Shown piece after piece: positions 27,495 through 38,805 of a stretch of DNA of 64,000 nt. The notes beneath the pieces were generated by a model. The model was given only the letters and a program-made list of their open reading frames with translations. It was not told the DNA's origin and did no database searches. Every line of letters begins with the position of its first letter. The first letter of the stretch is position 1. The position numbers were made by a program, and so were the translations under genes. The DNA lies in assembly GCA_965372795.1 (NCBI GenBank), contig CBDVDR010000007.1, forward strand, positions 32,001-96,000, in the 5' to 3' direction. Source of the DNA: an uncultured bacterium (lineage in GTDB: Bacteria; Zixibacteria; MSB-5A5; GN15; FEB-12).

Positions 27495-29408
27495 ATGACT
27501 GATATCGCTAATATCCGAAACCTCGCAATTGTTGCTCATATTGATCACGGTAAAACTACTCTCATTGATTCTGTCTTCAAAGCTACCCAGACTTTCCGCG
27601 ATAATCAGGAAGTTGCCGAACGTCTCATGGACAACAACGTAATAGAACGTGAACGCGGTATTACTATTCGTTCAAAACATTGCACCGTATCATGGAAAAA
27701 TAACCTGATCAATATTATTGATACTCCCGGTCATGCCGATTTCTCAGGTGAAGTGGAACGGGTCCTTTCGATGGTTGACTCGGTTTTATTGTTAGTCGAT
27801 GCTAATGAAGGTCCGATGCCACAGACTCGTTATGTACTTATGCGCGCCTTGAAACTTGGACTTCGCCCGATTGTCATTGTCAATAAAGTTGACCGCCCGA
27901 ACGCCCGCCCTGATTATGCCTTGAATAAAACATTTGATCTCTTTATCGAATTAGGTGCCACTGACGAACAGGCGCATTTCCCGGTACTATACGGCTCCGG
28001 TTTAGATGGCTGGTTTGTAAATGATTTGGACAAAAAAGAACCTAAAGGGATGGATGCCCTCTTTCAGACAATCATTGATGAAGTTCCTCCGCCACAGGTC
28101 AATAAGGATGGTGAATTTTTAATGCAGGTCAGTTCGCTCGATTGGAATGACTATATCGGACAAATCGGATGCGGACGAGTATTAAGCGGGTCGTTGAAAA
28201 AAGGTGAAGAGTTCACCCGCATGGTTACCAGATTGAAAGATCCGACCTCTAAGGATAAAGATTGGGAATTTGTTTCATCTTCAAAAGCTAAGGGTATCCA
28301 CATGTGGATCACTCGCGGATTGACACGGGTTGAAACTGATAAAGTTTCTGCCGGAGATATTGTCTGGTTAGCCGGACCTTCTGAAATCGGAATCGGTGAT
28401 ACATTCTCAAAAAATGAAGACCCAAAAGAAGCATTAAAACCGCTTGAAATTGAAGAACCAACTCTTTCAATGTTTTTCTTAGTCAACAATGGTCCATTCT
28501 CAGGACAGGACGGCACAGCGATTATGCTTCGTCAGTTAAAAGATCGTCTCGAAAGAGAACTTCGCGTCAATGTTGCGCTTCGGATGGAAGATATCGGTCG
28601 CCCCGATGGTGTCAAAGTTTCAGGTCGCGGTGAACTTCATCTGGCTATCTTAATTGAAGAGATGCGTCGTGAAGGTCTTGAGTTCTGTATCTCCCGCCCG
28701 GAAGTTATCACTCAGATAGATGAAAACGACAATGTTTTAGAACCGATGGAACAGCTTATTATTGATGTTCCGGAAATACATCAGGGCATCATCATTGAAA
28801 AACTTGCCAAACGTAAAGGCGAGTTGACTACGGTTGAAAATCATGGCACCAAAACAATCCGCATCGAATTTGAAATCCCAACCCGTGGTTTAATCGGATA
28901 TCGCTCCGAGTTTTTGACTGACACTCGTGGTCTGGGTATTATGGCTTCCCGTTTTGTAGGCTATGGTTCCTGGCGCGGTGATATTATTTCCAGAAACAAA
29001 GGTTCCGTTGTTAGTATTGAAAAAGGTATTGCCACCGCTTATGCTATTGAAGGGCTTCAGGAACGGTCAGCTATTTTTATTGAACCAACAGAAAAAATAT
29101 ATAACGGTCAGATCATTGGCGAAAATTCCAGAAATATGGATATGACCTGCAACCCGACCAAAAAGAAAAGTCTGACCAACCACCGGTCTTCGACAAAAGA
29201 TATCGGCGTCAAACTTGATGTTCCGCGCAAGATGACTTTGGAACAGGCGATGGAATGGATCCGCGATGATGAACTGGTTGAGGTCACCCCAAAAACTATT
29301 CGGATGCGTAAAACAATTTTGGATTTTGATGATCGCCGTCGTGCCGAGAAAAAACAGATGGCTCTGGATGAAAGCACCAACAGTTTACATTCCCGCCCGG
29401 CTGTGTAG
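27495..29408 (+). CDS. typA: Translational GTPase TypA/BipA
   Basis: [42 protein letters not shown]. Confidence 0.95.
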   Translation: MTDIANIRNLAIVAHIDHGKTTLIDSVFKATQTFRDNQEVAERLMDNNVIERERGITIRSKHCTVSWKNNLINIIDTPGHADFSGEVERVLSMVDSVLLLVDANEGPMPQTRYVLMRALKLGLRPIVIVNKVDRPNARPDYALNKTFDLFIELGATDEQAHFPVLYGSGLDGWFVNDLDKKEPKGMDALFQTIIDEVPPPQVNKDGEFLMQVSSLDWNDYIGQIGCGRVLSGSLKKGEEFTRMVTRLKDPTSKDKDWEFVSSSKAKGIHMWITRGLTRVETDKVSAGDIVWLAGPSEIGIGDTFSKNEDPKEALKPLEIEEPTLSMFFLVNNGPFSGQDGTAIMLRQLKDRLERELRVNVALRMEDIGRPDGVKVSGRGELHLAILIEEMRREGLEFCISRPEVITQIDENDNVLEPMEQLIIDVPEIHQGIIIEKLAKRKGELTTVENHGTKTIRIEFEIPTRGLIGYRSEFLTDTRGLGIMASRFVGYGSWRGDIISRNKGSVVSIEKGIATAYAIEGLQERSAIFIEPTEKIYNGQIIGENSRNMDMTCNPTKKKSLTNHRSSTKDIGVKLDVPRKMTLEQAMEWIRDDELVEVTPKTIRMRKTILDFDDRRRAEKKQMALDESTNSLHSRPAV

Positions 29409-29494
29409 CACCCTTCGGGTGTTTTTCTCTGGCGACACACATATAGAGTTTATTTTTCCATAAAAAAGGATTCGTTTCTTCACTTCTGCAGAGC

Positions 29495-29660
29495 CTCATA
29501 AAGATGCCGCTCTTTTTGCATTAAAAGAACTTGGAAATTATTATTTGGTGACCGCACAAAATCAGAGATCTAAGCAAATATAAAACGAGGGATTGATCTT
29601 GGCATGGATCAACGTTTTGTTGATTCGTTAAGGCAAAACTCTCCATTGTTGGGATTATAA
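29495..29660 (+). pseudogene. 3' fragment paralogous to the end of gene 32170-34194
   Basis: Shares TTTTTGCATTAAAAGAACTTGG.AATTATTATTT and ATCTTGGCATGGATCAACGTTTTG...TTATAA with 34028-34194. Confidence 0.8.
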
Positions 29661-29752
29661 ATCCTGAATTGTCAATTCTCTGGGAGTCATGCTCTACTTA
29701 GCTGCTTCTTAATTTAGAAAAAGTGCCAAACTTAAGTAAAACCCAAATACAG

Positions 29753-30235
29753 TTAGCTCATTAAAATTTCCTCTTCACAGCATTCATCAGAACCAGACCG
29801 AAATTTTACCAACTGATAACTAAGATTCGGATTGAGTTGCTTGACCATCGCATCCATAAATTTTAGCGAACCTTTCCGGCATAGTGTCTCTTTGGTTTCG
29901 TTATCAATACCCACTGATTGAGCTGCGTCGTAAACAGGGCACCGGGAACAACGGACCACCATCCTTTTTGGGCTTTTCTCGATAACCTCCGAAGTAATCC
30001 CAAAAGCATCCTTAATCGAATGGAGTGCCACCATAGTCGCGGTACTGATATCAATATCCTTATCGCCAAATTGTTCCTTTATCCTTCTTCCGTTCGCATC
30101 GCCCATCATCTCATTGACCTTGACACTCAGATCAATGGCATGCTCCATACCGATCTCCTGACTAACCAAGTTCAAATAGGCATAGAAGAAGGTTAATCCG
30201 TTCCGGGCTCCTTCCAATATTTCTTCAGTTGCCAT
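29753..30235 (-). CDS. Cys-rich V4R/ATC-hydrolase-like fold protein
   Basis: RCSRCPVYD...LC...DECCEE pattern. Confidence 0.55.
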   Translation of the reverse strand: MATEEILEGARNGLTFFYAYLNLVSQEIGMEHAIDLSVKVNEMMGDANGRRIKEQFGDKDIDISTATMVALHSIKDAFGITSEVIEKSPKRMVVRCSRCPVYDAAQSVGIDNETKETLCRKGSLKFMDAMVKQLNPNLSYQLVKFRSGSDECCEEEILMS

Positions 30236-30732
30236 TTTGTTGATTCCTTTCTTTTAAGATTAGGGTTGCCGATCAATCAAGATTTCCCGGTTATTAATAT
30301 TTGAATGAGCAAAGCTCATTGAATTGACAATAATTCTCTGGTTTTTCTGAGTGATTACTCGAATGAAGACATAATTAACGACGTGTTGCTATTGCCAGTT
30401 GTTCTTAAATTGAATCTGGACAGACTCTCGTTATCTATCCTCATAGAAGGCTGTATCTATTAGAAACTTGGATTGAGTGGGCTCACATCCATTCTCGATA
30501 AATATACCGATAATGGCATTATTGTCAAGGGATTAGCTGAAATTGTCATGAGCACAGGACTTCTGACCAACTCAAGAATTCTACTCCCAAATTCCACACT
30601 AAAACTTTGGTGATTAAGAAATGAAAAATATCTATAGAGAAAGGAGCCAACATGTCTAAAATCGTACACCATACACTCAAAAAGACAGAAAATGTAAAAC
30701 ATGAATTTCTACAAACATTAAAAATAACAAAA

Positions 30733-30923
30733 CGAACCCATTTCGTTGTAAGAACTTATTACCATATGAGGTTACAGCAAATTTTATAGTAAAGTAAATG
30801 TTTGATTTTGATAAATTTTAAAATAAATAAACCCGAACATACTACGCCAGAGAAAAACACACGAAGTGTGCGAACCCAATTCGTTGTATTCATAAACGTC
30901 AGAAAGAGTTACGCCGAATTTTT
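30733..30923 (+). repeat. Two imperfect direct copies of CGAACCCAwTTCGTTGTA-N~20-GTTAC..AATTTTA
   Basis: Copies start at ~30733 and ~30871. Confidence 0.55.
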
Positions 30924-30969
30924 AAGGTTTTATAAAACCTTGCAATAAAAGTAGTTATACCTCAAAAAA

Positions 30970-30996
30970 GACAGGTTCACAGGGATCCTGCCCTAC
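30970..30996 (-). repeat. GTAG-type REP-like palindrome
   Basis: Minus strand GTAGGGCAGGATCCCTGTGAACCTGTC. Confidence 0.55.
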
Positions 30997-31091
30997 TTAA
31001 CTTTAGGTTGCATGGTGGGTATCATATACCTTTATTTAAAGTGTAAAACATTGCTCTTTCTGAGTTTTGTTATCTTTTCAAAGGAGATATC

Positions 31092-32042
31092 ATGAAAAGA
31101 ACGATTATTGTTAGTTTAGCGATTTGCTTCATGGCAGTAATAGCTTGGAGTGAAGATCAACCATTAAACCTTAAAGAATCCGAAGGCTTCATTGATGTTA
31201 CCGGTGGAAAGGTCTGGTGTCGGATTGTCGGAGATGGAGCGCGAACACCGCTGTTAGTCTTACATGGCGGTCCGGGTGTATCAAGTAACTATCTGAAACC
31301 GCTGGAGGCTCTGGGAACAGACCGTATAGTAATTTTCTATGATCAACTCGGCGGCGGCAAATCACCTGGTCCTTCTGACACTACCTTATGGACTATAGAA
31401 CATTTTGTCGAGGAAATTTCTCAGGTACGCGAGGCTTTGGGTTTGAAAGAAGTCCATCTGTACGGACACTCCTGGGGTACAATGTTAGCGGTGGATTATC
31501 TTCTCACTCGCCCTACCGGTGTAAAAAGTCTTGTTCTGGCGAGTCCCTTTCTTAGTGCTCCTCGCGGGATTCACGATGCCGACAGCCTGCTGGGTACACT
31601 GCCGGATTCATTGCAAACGGTAATCAGACATCACGAACAAGAAAGAACAACAGCATCCCCTGAATATCAGTCGGCCTTAATGGTCTACTATGGTACTTAC
31701 TTTGCACGTCGACAACCCTGGTCCGATGAATTAAACAATGCCTTTGCTGAATTGAACCAAGCCTTATATGGATATATGTGGGGACCCAGCGAGTTCACTG
31801 TTACAGGGATACTCAGCGATTATGATCAAACTAACCGCCTCGGCGAAATCACCACACCAACCCTGTTGACAGCAGGACAATTCGATTATTGCGTCCCTGC
31901 AACAATCAAATATTATCAAAGTTTGATTCCCAACTCAGAGGTTGTCATACTTGAGAATTGCGCCCATTTGACAATGCAAGATGATCCGGTCGCCGATATA
32001 AAAGTTATCCGTGATTTCCTGAACAAGATAGAAAGTAAATAA
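31092..32042 (+). CDS. Proline iminopeptidase-family alpha/beta hydrolase, exported
   Basis: HGGPG, YDQLGGG, GHSWG nucleophile motif. Confidence 0.9.
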   Translation: MKRTIIVSLAICFMAVIAWSEDQPLNLKESEGFIDVTGGKVWCRIVGDGARTPLLVLHGGPGVSSNYLKPLEALGTDRIVIFYDQLGGGKSPGPSDTTLWTIEHFVEEISQVREALGLKEVHLYGHSWGTMLAVDYLLTRPTGVKSLVLASPFLSAPRGIHDADSLLGTLPDSLQTVIRHHEQERTTASPEYQSALMVYYGTYFARRQPWSDELNNAFAELNQALYGYMWGPSEFTVTGILSDYDQTNRLGEITTPTLLTAGQFDYCVPATIKYYQSLIPNSEVVILENCAHLTMQDDPVADIKVIRDFLNKIESK

Positions 32043-32169
32043 GAAGAATGGCAGAACCTCTAAACACACTTCGTGTGATTAATTATATAGCAAATAATTT
32101 AATATCTAAACATTAAATAAGTCTTTTTTTCTACTTTACTCCAGAAGGAAATTAACTATAATTTAAAAT

Positions 32170-34194
32170 ATGATAAGGACAAAATTATCAACATCACAAA
32201 ACAGGGTAGAAATTCTATATCTAATCACACTTCTGTTGTATTTAGGTGCATCGTTTATCCCTGAGTACCGAGTTTGGGGATTTTCTGTTTGGAGTCATCA
32301 ACCTGTTTATATCCCAATAATTCTATCAATTTTAAGTATTGCTTTATTTTCTTATTCCATTAATAATGATATTTCAAATTCTAATAATACAGAATCTACA
32401 AAGCAATTTTGGTTATTTTCTATAATTATATTTATCAGTTTTGTTTTACTTTTTATAGTTTTTCGTTCACGTGCTCATTTTTTAGGTGACGGTTATACTG
32501 TTCTATCAATATTGTCATCCGATGACCCGCTTTTAAAATCTCGTGAAATTGGAGAAGTGTACGCTCATTTATGGCTTAAGGACTTGTTAGCCTATGGAGG
32601 TGAGAAAGCGGCACTTTTGAGCTTTCAATTGATTTCAATTATCTCCGGAGCTTTATTTTTATTAACCACCTTGTATTATTCATTTAAACTGTTCACTAAT
32701 AATAAAAATCGAATTCTATTTTCACTCGGAATAATATCCGGTGGATATATGCTAATGTGCTTTGGTTATGTCGAGAACTACTCGATTTTTGTTTTATCTG
32801 TTCTAGTTTATACATTTTTAGGATTATCTATATCGCTTGGGAAATCCTCACGATGGCTGATAATACCTGCCCAAATTGCAGCTGTTATATTTCATATCTT
32901 TGGTGTAACGCTGATACCTGCAACAGTATATCTCTTATTTTCAAACTCAAAATATGGTAATAAATTAAAAAATATAGATAAGAAAACTAAAACACTAATT
33001 CTATTTGTTTCAGCTATTGGAGCAGTTGCCGGTTTCATATACTACTACAAAACAAATTTCTTCTTCTATTACTCTATCGTACCATTTATTTCTGATAAAT
33101 TCACATTGGATAATTACAGTATGTTTTCAATTGCTCATCTTTTGGATATGATCAATCTACTAGTGCTTGTCATCCCGGGAATAGGGTTATTATTGCTAAG
33201 TTTGTTCACGACCAAAATATCAATTCTATTAAAAGAGAGTCATTATTTCTTTTTGATGTTATTGTCTGTTTCTGTTTTAGGTGCGTCATTCATTTTTGAT
33301 CCAAAACTTGGAATGGCAAGAGACTGGGATTTGTTCTCATATATTGCGATTCCTATTTCAATTTTCTTTTACTACTATTTAATTCGTAATCGAGCAAATT
33401 TCCCTACTAACGTAACAATAGTTTTATTATCAATTTTCCTGGGATTCTTTTCTCTTTCAGCCAGAGTTATCAGTATCAATCAACCGGAAGTAGCAGTTGA
33501 GAATTTTACCGACTATATCAACTTAGATAAAGGTAAAAATCGAAATGCGAGATATCTTCTGGCAACTTACTACAAAAACATGGGTGACAATTTAGCAGTT
33601 AAAGAAATAGTAAAAAAATGGAATACCGATTATCCGGAAAGAGTTGTATTTCAAACCGGGTTTGCCTTAAAGAATGAAGGTAAAATAGTTGAAGCATCAG
33701 GATATTTTCAAAAAGTAATGCAAATGAACCCATCCTATATTGATGCCTGGATTAATTATGGTGAATGCTTAACTAATTTAAAAAGATATAGCGAAGCAAT
33801 CCAATATTTAGAGGTAGGGGTTGGCTTAAGCCCCTATGATGCGAGTGGTTATAATAACCTTGGGGTTTGTTTTATGGGTACTGCTCAATATGATAAAGCA
33901 GAAAAAGTACTAAAAACTTGTGAGTCTTTGCCACAAGTAACTTTTGTGACTTTGTATAATCTAACTACTTTGTATCGATTGACAAGAGACCACGAACTGT
34001 ATCTGGAGTATTTAATAAAATCAGGGACTCATAAAGAAGCAGGCCTTTTTGCATTAAAAGAACTTGGTAATTATTATTTAGTAACAGCCCAATACCAGAG
34101 AGCTAAACAGATTTATTTAAGAGGTATTAATCTTGGCATGGATCAACGTTTTGAAGATTCCTTAAGACAAAATTATCCAATGCTTGGGTTATAA
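32170..34194 (+). CDS. Multi-TM membrane protein with C-terminal TPRs
   Basis: Many TMs, HFLGDG, GYVENY, RDWDLF; TPR-like helices. Confidence 0.75.
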   Translation: MIRTKLSTSQNRVEILYLITLLLYLGASFIPEYRVWGFSVWSHQPVYIPIILSILSIALFSYSINNDISNSNNTESTKQFWLFSIIIFISFVLLFIVFRSRAHFLGDGYTVLSILSSDDPLLKSREIGEVYAHLWLKDLLAYGGEKAALLSFQLISIISGALFLLTTLYYSFKLFTNNKNRILFSLGIISGGYMLMCFGYVENYSIFVLSVLVYTFLGLSISLGKSSRWLIIPAQIAAVIFHIFGVTLIPATVYLLFSNSKYGNKLKNIDKKTKTLILFVSAIGAVAGFIYYYKTNFFFYYSIVPFISDKFTLDNYSMFSIAHLLDMINLLVLVIPGIGLLLLSLFTTKISILLKESHYFFLMLLSVSVLGASFIFDPKLGMARDWDLFSYIAIPISIFFYYYLIRNRANFPTNVTIVLLSIFLGFFSLSARVISINQPEVAVENFTDYINLDKGKNRNARYLLATYYKNMGDNLAVKEIVKKWNTDYPERVVFQTGFALKNEGKIVEASGYFQKVMQMNPSYIDAWINYGECLTNLKRYSEAIQYLEVGVGLSPYDASGYNNLGVCFMGTAQYDKAEKVLKTCESLPQVTFVTLYNLTTLYRLTRDHELYLEYLIKSGTHKEAGLFALKELGNYYLVTAQYQRAKQIYLRGINLGMDQRFEDSLRQNYPMLGL

Positions 34195-34203
34195 ATTTCA
34201 AGA

Positions 34204-36894
34204 TTAGTTTAGGCTGCTATAGGATTCGTATTTTTCAAGTAGTGCTTTAAAGCGAGGGATGTTTTGTAACGGCGCAAAAATCGGATCGGCTCTTAAATAT
34301 TTAACTGAGCTCCAGGATGGAATTGATAAGAGCAACTCAAGTTCTTCAATTGCATTATCATATTCTCCAACGATTGTGTATATAGTAGCCATGACCATGA
34401 CTGCGTCCGGTCCTCACCAGTGGCAGTCGTCAACCGACATCAACTCCTTGGATGTTTTACCCGCTTTTATAGCTTCTTCTTTATTACCCATTAAGGCATA
34501 TGTGAGACCAAGTTCTGCAAAGGCATGAAACTCGGGTTCACCTTGATCAATAATATTAGTTAAGATAATCCTTGAAGAATCATAATAAATTAGAGCCGAA
34601 TCATGATGTCCTGAGAGTTCATATAGATGGCCTATGTTCATCTGTATAATATGAGGTGATCGCTCAGCAATCGTTCCTTTAATATTGCTTAACTTTCGAA
34701 TATTCTCTATTTCAATTTGAGGGTCATATAAATCAGGAATGTATCTCCACAGCCCAAGTGAGGTACCTGAAGTCAGTTCATAGGTTGATATTTCAGCCAA
34801 TCCAACTTTTTCATATAATGTTTTAAATTCTTCAACATCGTATTCGATATTACCATAACGCAGAAGGTTAATTAAAACTTTCAGATACGCAGCATCAGCA
34901 TTATTAGGATCCAGAACCAGAGCACGATTTATATAATTATCCGCTTCTTCGTAATTCCTAGTCATACTTAAACTATTGGCTATGTAAAAGTATCTTCTAT
35001 CAGACAAGGGGTCAATTCGGATAGCTTCTTCAAATTTTTCATTCGCTTCATCCCATTTTCCCTGACGCATTTTAACAATTCCAATAGCCTGTGAGAGTTC
35101 GGCATTGCTGGTAAGTTCGGATTTGGCTCTATTAAATGATGACAATGCTTTTTCGTAATCTCTTTCGATATAATTGGAATAGGTACCCATCGCAATTTGA
35201 GCGGTTGGCAAAGTAGGATCAAGAGCCAGTGCTTTTTCAGCAGCTTTTAAAGCTTCATTTTTATGATATTTTCCATTGACCGATGTAAAATGAAAATTAA
35301 AGGTCGAATGATTCATTGATTTTTGAGCCCAGGCTAAAGCGAAATTTGAGTCAAGGGCTATGGCTGAGTCAAACATATTTATAGATCCCTGAAAATCAGA
35401 CATCCGTAAATTATGACTTGAAATCTCAAGACCCCGAAGATAAAAATTATACGCCGCCATATTTGTAGTCGGAGCATAATCAGGAGCCAGTTTATCTGTT
35501 TCCACTAAAGTCAAGCCTAAGGCGATTACAATCTGTTCAGCTATTTTTGATTGAACATCAAATATTTGCACTAATTGTTGCTCATAAATATCCGACCACA
35601 TCAGATAATTATCACTGGTTTTGGTCAATCTGGGGGTAATGCGAATACGGTCGACTTCACCGGATTTATCCCAACGTATAGTCGCCTCAAGAACATAATC
35701 GGAATTGGTTTCCTGTCCGATTTGTTCAATGCTCTTGTCAGTCTCTTTAAATTTATCAGCAGTTCTTGGTGAAATAACACGCAGTCCCTTTACAGTCGAC
35801 AAACGTGAACTGATTTCATCACGAATACCATCGGAAAAATATTCATCCTCTCCGGCACCAAGATTCTCAAACGGTAACACAATCAATACTGGCGGTTTAT
35901 TTACTATTTGTTCGGGTTGATTATAAAAATACATAAAACCGATTACAATTATAAGAAAAACTGCAACCGCTGACATTTTGAAATATAAATTTTTAAATGA
36001 CGTCTCATGTGTTCTACCAGAAGGATAGGTATGTGATTGCGAATCATACATGAGTCTTTTTAAGTCAGCAATGACACCCTCGGCTGACTGATATCTGAGT
36101 TCTTTGTCTTTTTCGATAAGTTTTAAAATAATATCCTGCAACTTATCTGGAACGTCTGATTTATACCTGTTAATTGGTTCCGGATTACTTTCAATAATAG
36201 CTTTTAATGTCGCGCCTTCATTATCACGCTTAAAAGGAGTTCTTCCGCATAATAATTCATACAGCACGATACCCAATGAAAAAAGGTCCGAACGGTGGTC
36301 GATATCTCTCCCTGAAATTTGTTCGGGTGACATATATGAAACAGTTCCAAGGGTCGAACCGGTTTTGGTTAGTTTATCATCACCCTCTGTGGCAGCTAAA
36401 CCAAAATCCAGCAGTCGTATTCTATTTGTCCTATCAAGGGCAATATTAGCAGGTTTTATGTCTCGATGGGTAATGCCATGTCGATGTGCTTCCCCCAGTC
36501 CCTGACATATTTGCAAGGCGAATTCGATGATAGCATCTGCCGGCTGTGGTTTCTCTTTTATGAAATAACGCAGCGAATGTCCATCAATATTTTCCATAAC
36601 AAAAAAAGGACGACCATTAAACTCACTTACTTCGTGGATAGTAACAATATTTGGATGGTTCAGCTTTGCAACAGCTTGAGCCTCTCTTTGAAATCGTTTT
36701 TTAATATCATCATTATTTAAGAATTGTGTAGGAAGAAATTTCAGGGCAATATTTCGTTTCAGTTTTGTATCTTCAGCCAGATAAACCTCACCCATACCAC
36801 CGGCACCAATTTTTTCAATTATTTTGTATTGATGAACCACGGTTCCTTTAGTCAGAACAACAACTGTTCGGGTATTGTCATCTTTTTGATTCAT
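34204..36894 (-). CDS. Hanks-type Ser/Thr kinase - TM - TolB-N-like - TPR protein; in-frame TGA at 34414-34416 (candidate Sec)
   Basis: GAGGMGEVY, HRDIKPAN, DFG, YMSPEQ; VLPFENLG; TPRs; the frame continues 69 codons past the TGA to ...LRADPIFAPL...RFKALL. Confidence 0.85.
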
Positions 36895-37258
36895 TATACC
36901 TTCACGATCAGGTTTACACTTTTTAGCTTAAGACTATACTCCAATTTTGAGTGAATTCAATATACAATATCTTTATTTTCAACCAAGACTTTATTGATAA
37001 ATTTTACCTACATTACTAAAATCTACGATAGGAATAAGTTATTTTCTGAAAATATTGAGATATATACTAATCAGATATTTTTATATTAAGTATTTGAATG
37101 AAAGATGCTTATAGAGATTAATATTGGGTCATAAATTATATGTATTCTAATTGTAATCAATCAATCTTTGAGTTATAATCGACTAAAAGGGCTAAATAAA
37201 AGCCTTGTGTGATTCGTCAGTAATTGATATAATTTAGTAACTCAAACCGGGAATAAAT

Positions 37259-38191
37259 ATGTCAAGAAAATTTACTAGAAGATCATTTATCAAGAGTAGC
37301 GCCACTCTCGGAGCGGCAACCCTTGCCGGCGGTTATCTTTTGCCGGAAATATTAAATGCCACCGAAATCACCAAACTCGACATAGCGTCAGTAGCAGGAA
37401 CCGACTATTACCAGGATACTATTGAATCAGTCAGAATGCTTGGCGGGATGAACAAATTTATTACAAGCGGTGATAAGGTTGCCATCCTTCCGAACGCAAT
37501 TGGGAAATATCCGGCGACAACCGTCAATCCGTTAGTTTTATTGGCAACTATTGCGATGTGCTTTGAAGCGGGCGCAAAAGAGATAAACCTTATTAAGGGA
37601 GTTTCTGAAAAATATTGGAACGGAAAAAATATCACCGATGATCAAATGGCTGCCTTTCAGAGATGCACTATCTCTAAACAGGAATTTGATATCATGCCAA
37701 TCAAGGATGGAATAGCACTCAAGGAAGCGCATATCAGCAAAGATCTGATGAATGCCGATAAATTTATCAATCTCGCTCATGTGAAACACCACAGCGGGCC
37801 ACAATTTACCGGCCTGCTTAAAAATTTGATGGGTGCCTGTCCTCATAACCCTACCAATAAATTTTTCCATTTTGGCTCGAATGCCTCTGATTGGTATGGA
37901 GATATAGATTTTCTTTCACAGTGTGTGGCAGATTTGAATATTTTGAGGAAACCTGACCTCTGTATTGCCGATTCGACCGAATTCCTGATTACTAACGGAC
38001 CATTCGGTCCCGGTGAAGTTAAAAAATCAGACACAGTTACTGCCGGGTTGAATCCGGTAGCAGTCGATGCCTTTTGTACCAAATTCCTTTCCTTAAAAAT
38101 TGAGGCTGTTGCGATGATCAAAATGTCGGCTCAGCATGGTCTGGGCGAAATGAATCTTGATAAACTGAACATTAAAGAAGCGATTGTCTGA
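37259..38191 (+). CDS. DUF362-family protein with Tat signal
   Basis: TRRSFIK twin-arginine; GDKVAILPN, KHH...LKNLMG, NPVAVD. Confidence 0.8.
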   Translation: MSRKFTRRSFIKSSATLGAATLAGGYLLPEILNATEITKLDIASVAGTDYYQDTIESVRMLGGMNKFITSGDKVAILPNAIGKYPATTVNPLVLLATIAMCFEAGAKEINLIKGVSEKYWNGKNITDDQMAAFQRCTISKQEFDIMPIKDGIALKEAHISKDLMNADKFINLAHVKHHSGPQFTGLLKNLMGACPHNPTNKFFHFGSNASDWYGDIDFLSQCVADLNILRKPDLCIADSTEFLITNGPFGPGEVKKSDTVTAGLNPVAVDAFCTKFLSLKIEAVAMIKMSAQHGLGEMNLDKLNIKEAIV

Positions 38192-38198
38192 AAAACTC

Positions 38199-38687
38199 AT
38201 GAAAATATTAATTCTTATAATAGGTTTAGGCGTCCTTTGGAGTGGATGTAGCCAGAATTGCTCAAACAAAAGTATTGGCAGGTATTTTCCTGATAATAAC
38301 GAAGTTGTTGGATGGGTGGCAAATGACACCGTACGGACATTTGTTGGTCAAGATCTTTTTAAATTGATCAACGGCGGAGCCGAGCTGTATCACGAAAATG
38401 GGTTTGTTCAAATTGTCACTTTGACTTTTGGAAACAGTACCAACCAGGAGATCAGCATTGAAATTTATGAGATGGGCACCCCCGATGGCGCAACGGATTC
38501 CTATATGAGCAAAATTTCACCCGCAGGAAAAAAGGTCGAAATAGGCGACGAGGCTCTCCTGAACAGTTATTATTTAAATTTCAGACAGGGGAAATATATT
38601 GTTACGCTGGTCGGATATAGCGATGACACTGAAACAATTAGTGGACTAAATGGGCTGGCAAAGGTCATTTCTACAAACATTGATTAG
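38199..38687 (+). CDS. Lipoprotein (DUF6599-like)
   Basis: Lipobox WSGC; LFKLINGGAELY, IEIYEM. Confidence 0.65.
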   Translation: MKILILIIGLGVLWSGCSQNCSNKSIGRYFPDNNEVVGWVANDTVRTFVGQDLFKLINGGAELYHENGFVQIVTLTFGNSTNQEISIEIYEMGTPDGATDSYMSKISPAGKKVEIGDEALLNSYYLNFRQGKYIVTLVGYSDDTETISGLNGLAKVISTNID

Positions 38688-38805
38688 TTTAGTTCTATTT
38701 TATTAATAAAAATTAAATCTTTTATAAACTTTTTCCGAATAGTATAGTTATAAGTTCGTAATACTAATTTCAAATTAATATTTATAATAATAAGAAAACA
38801 ATGCT

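Noticed and set aside
34414..34416. Genome-wide TGA=Trp/Gly recoding
   Set aside because: TGA terminates ordinary genes here (e.g. ends at 38191 and 49589) and other long genes lack internal TGA
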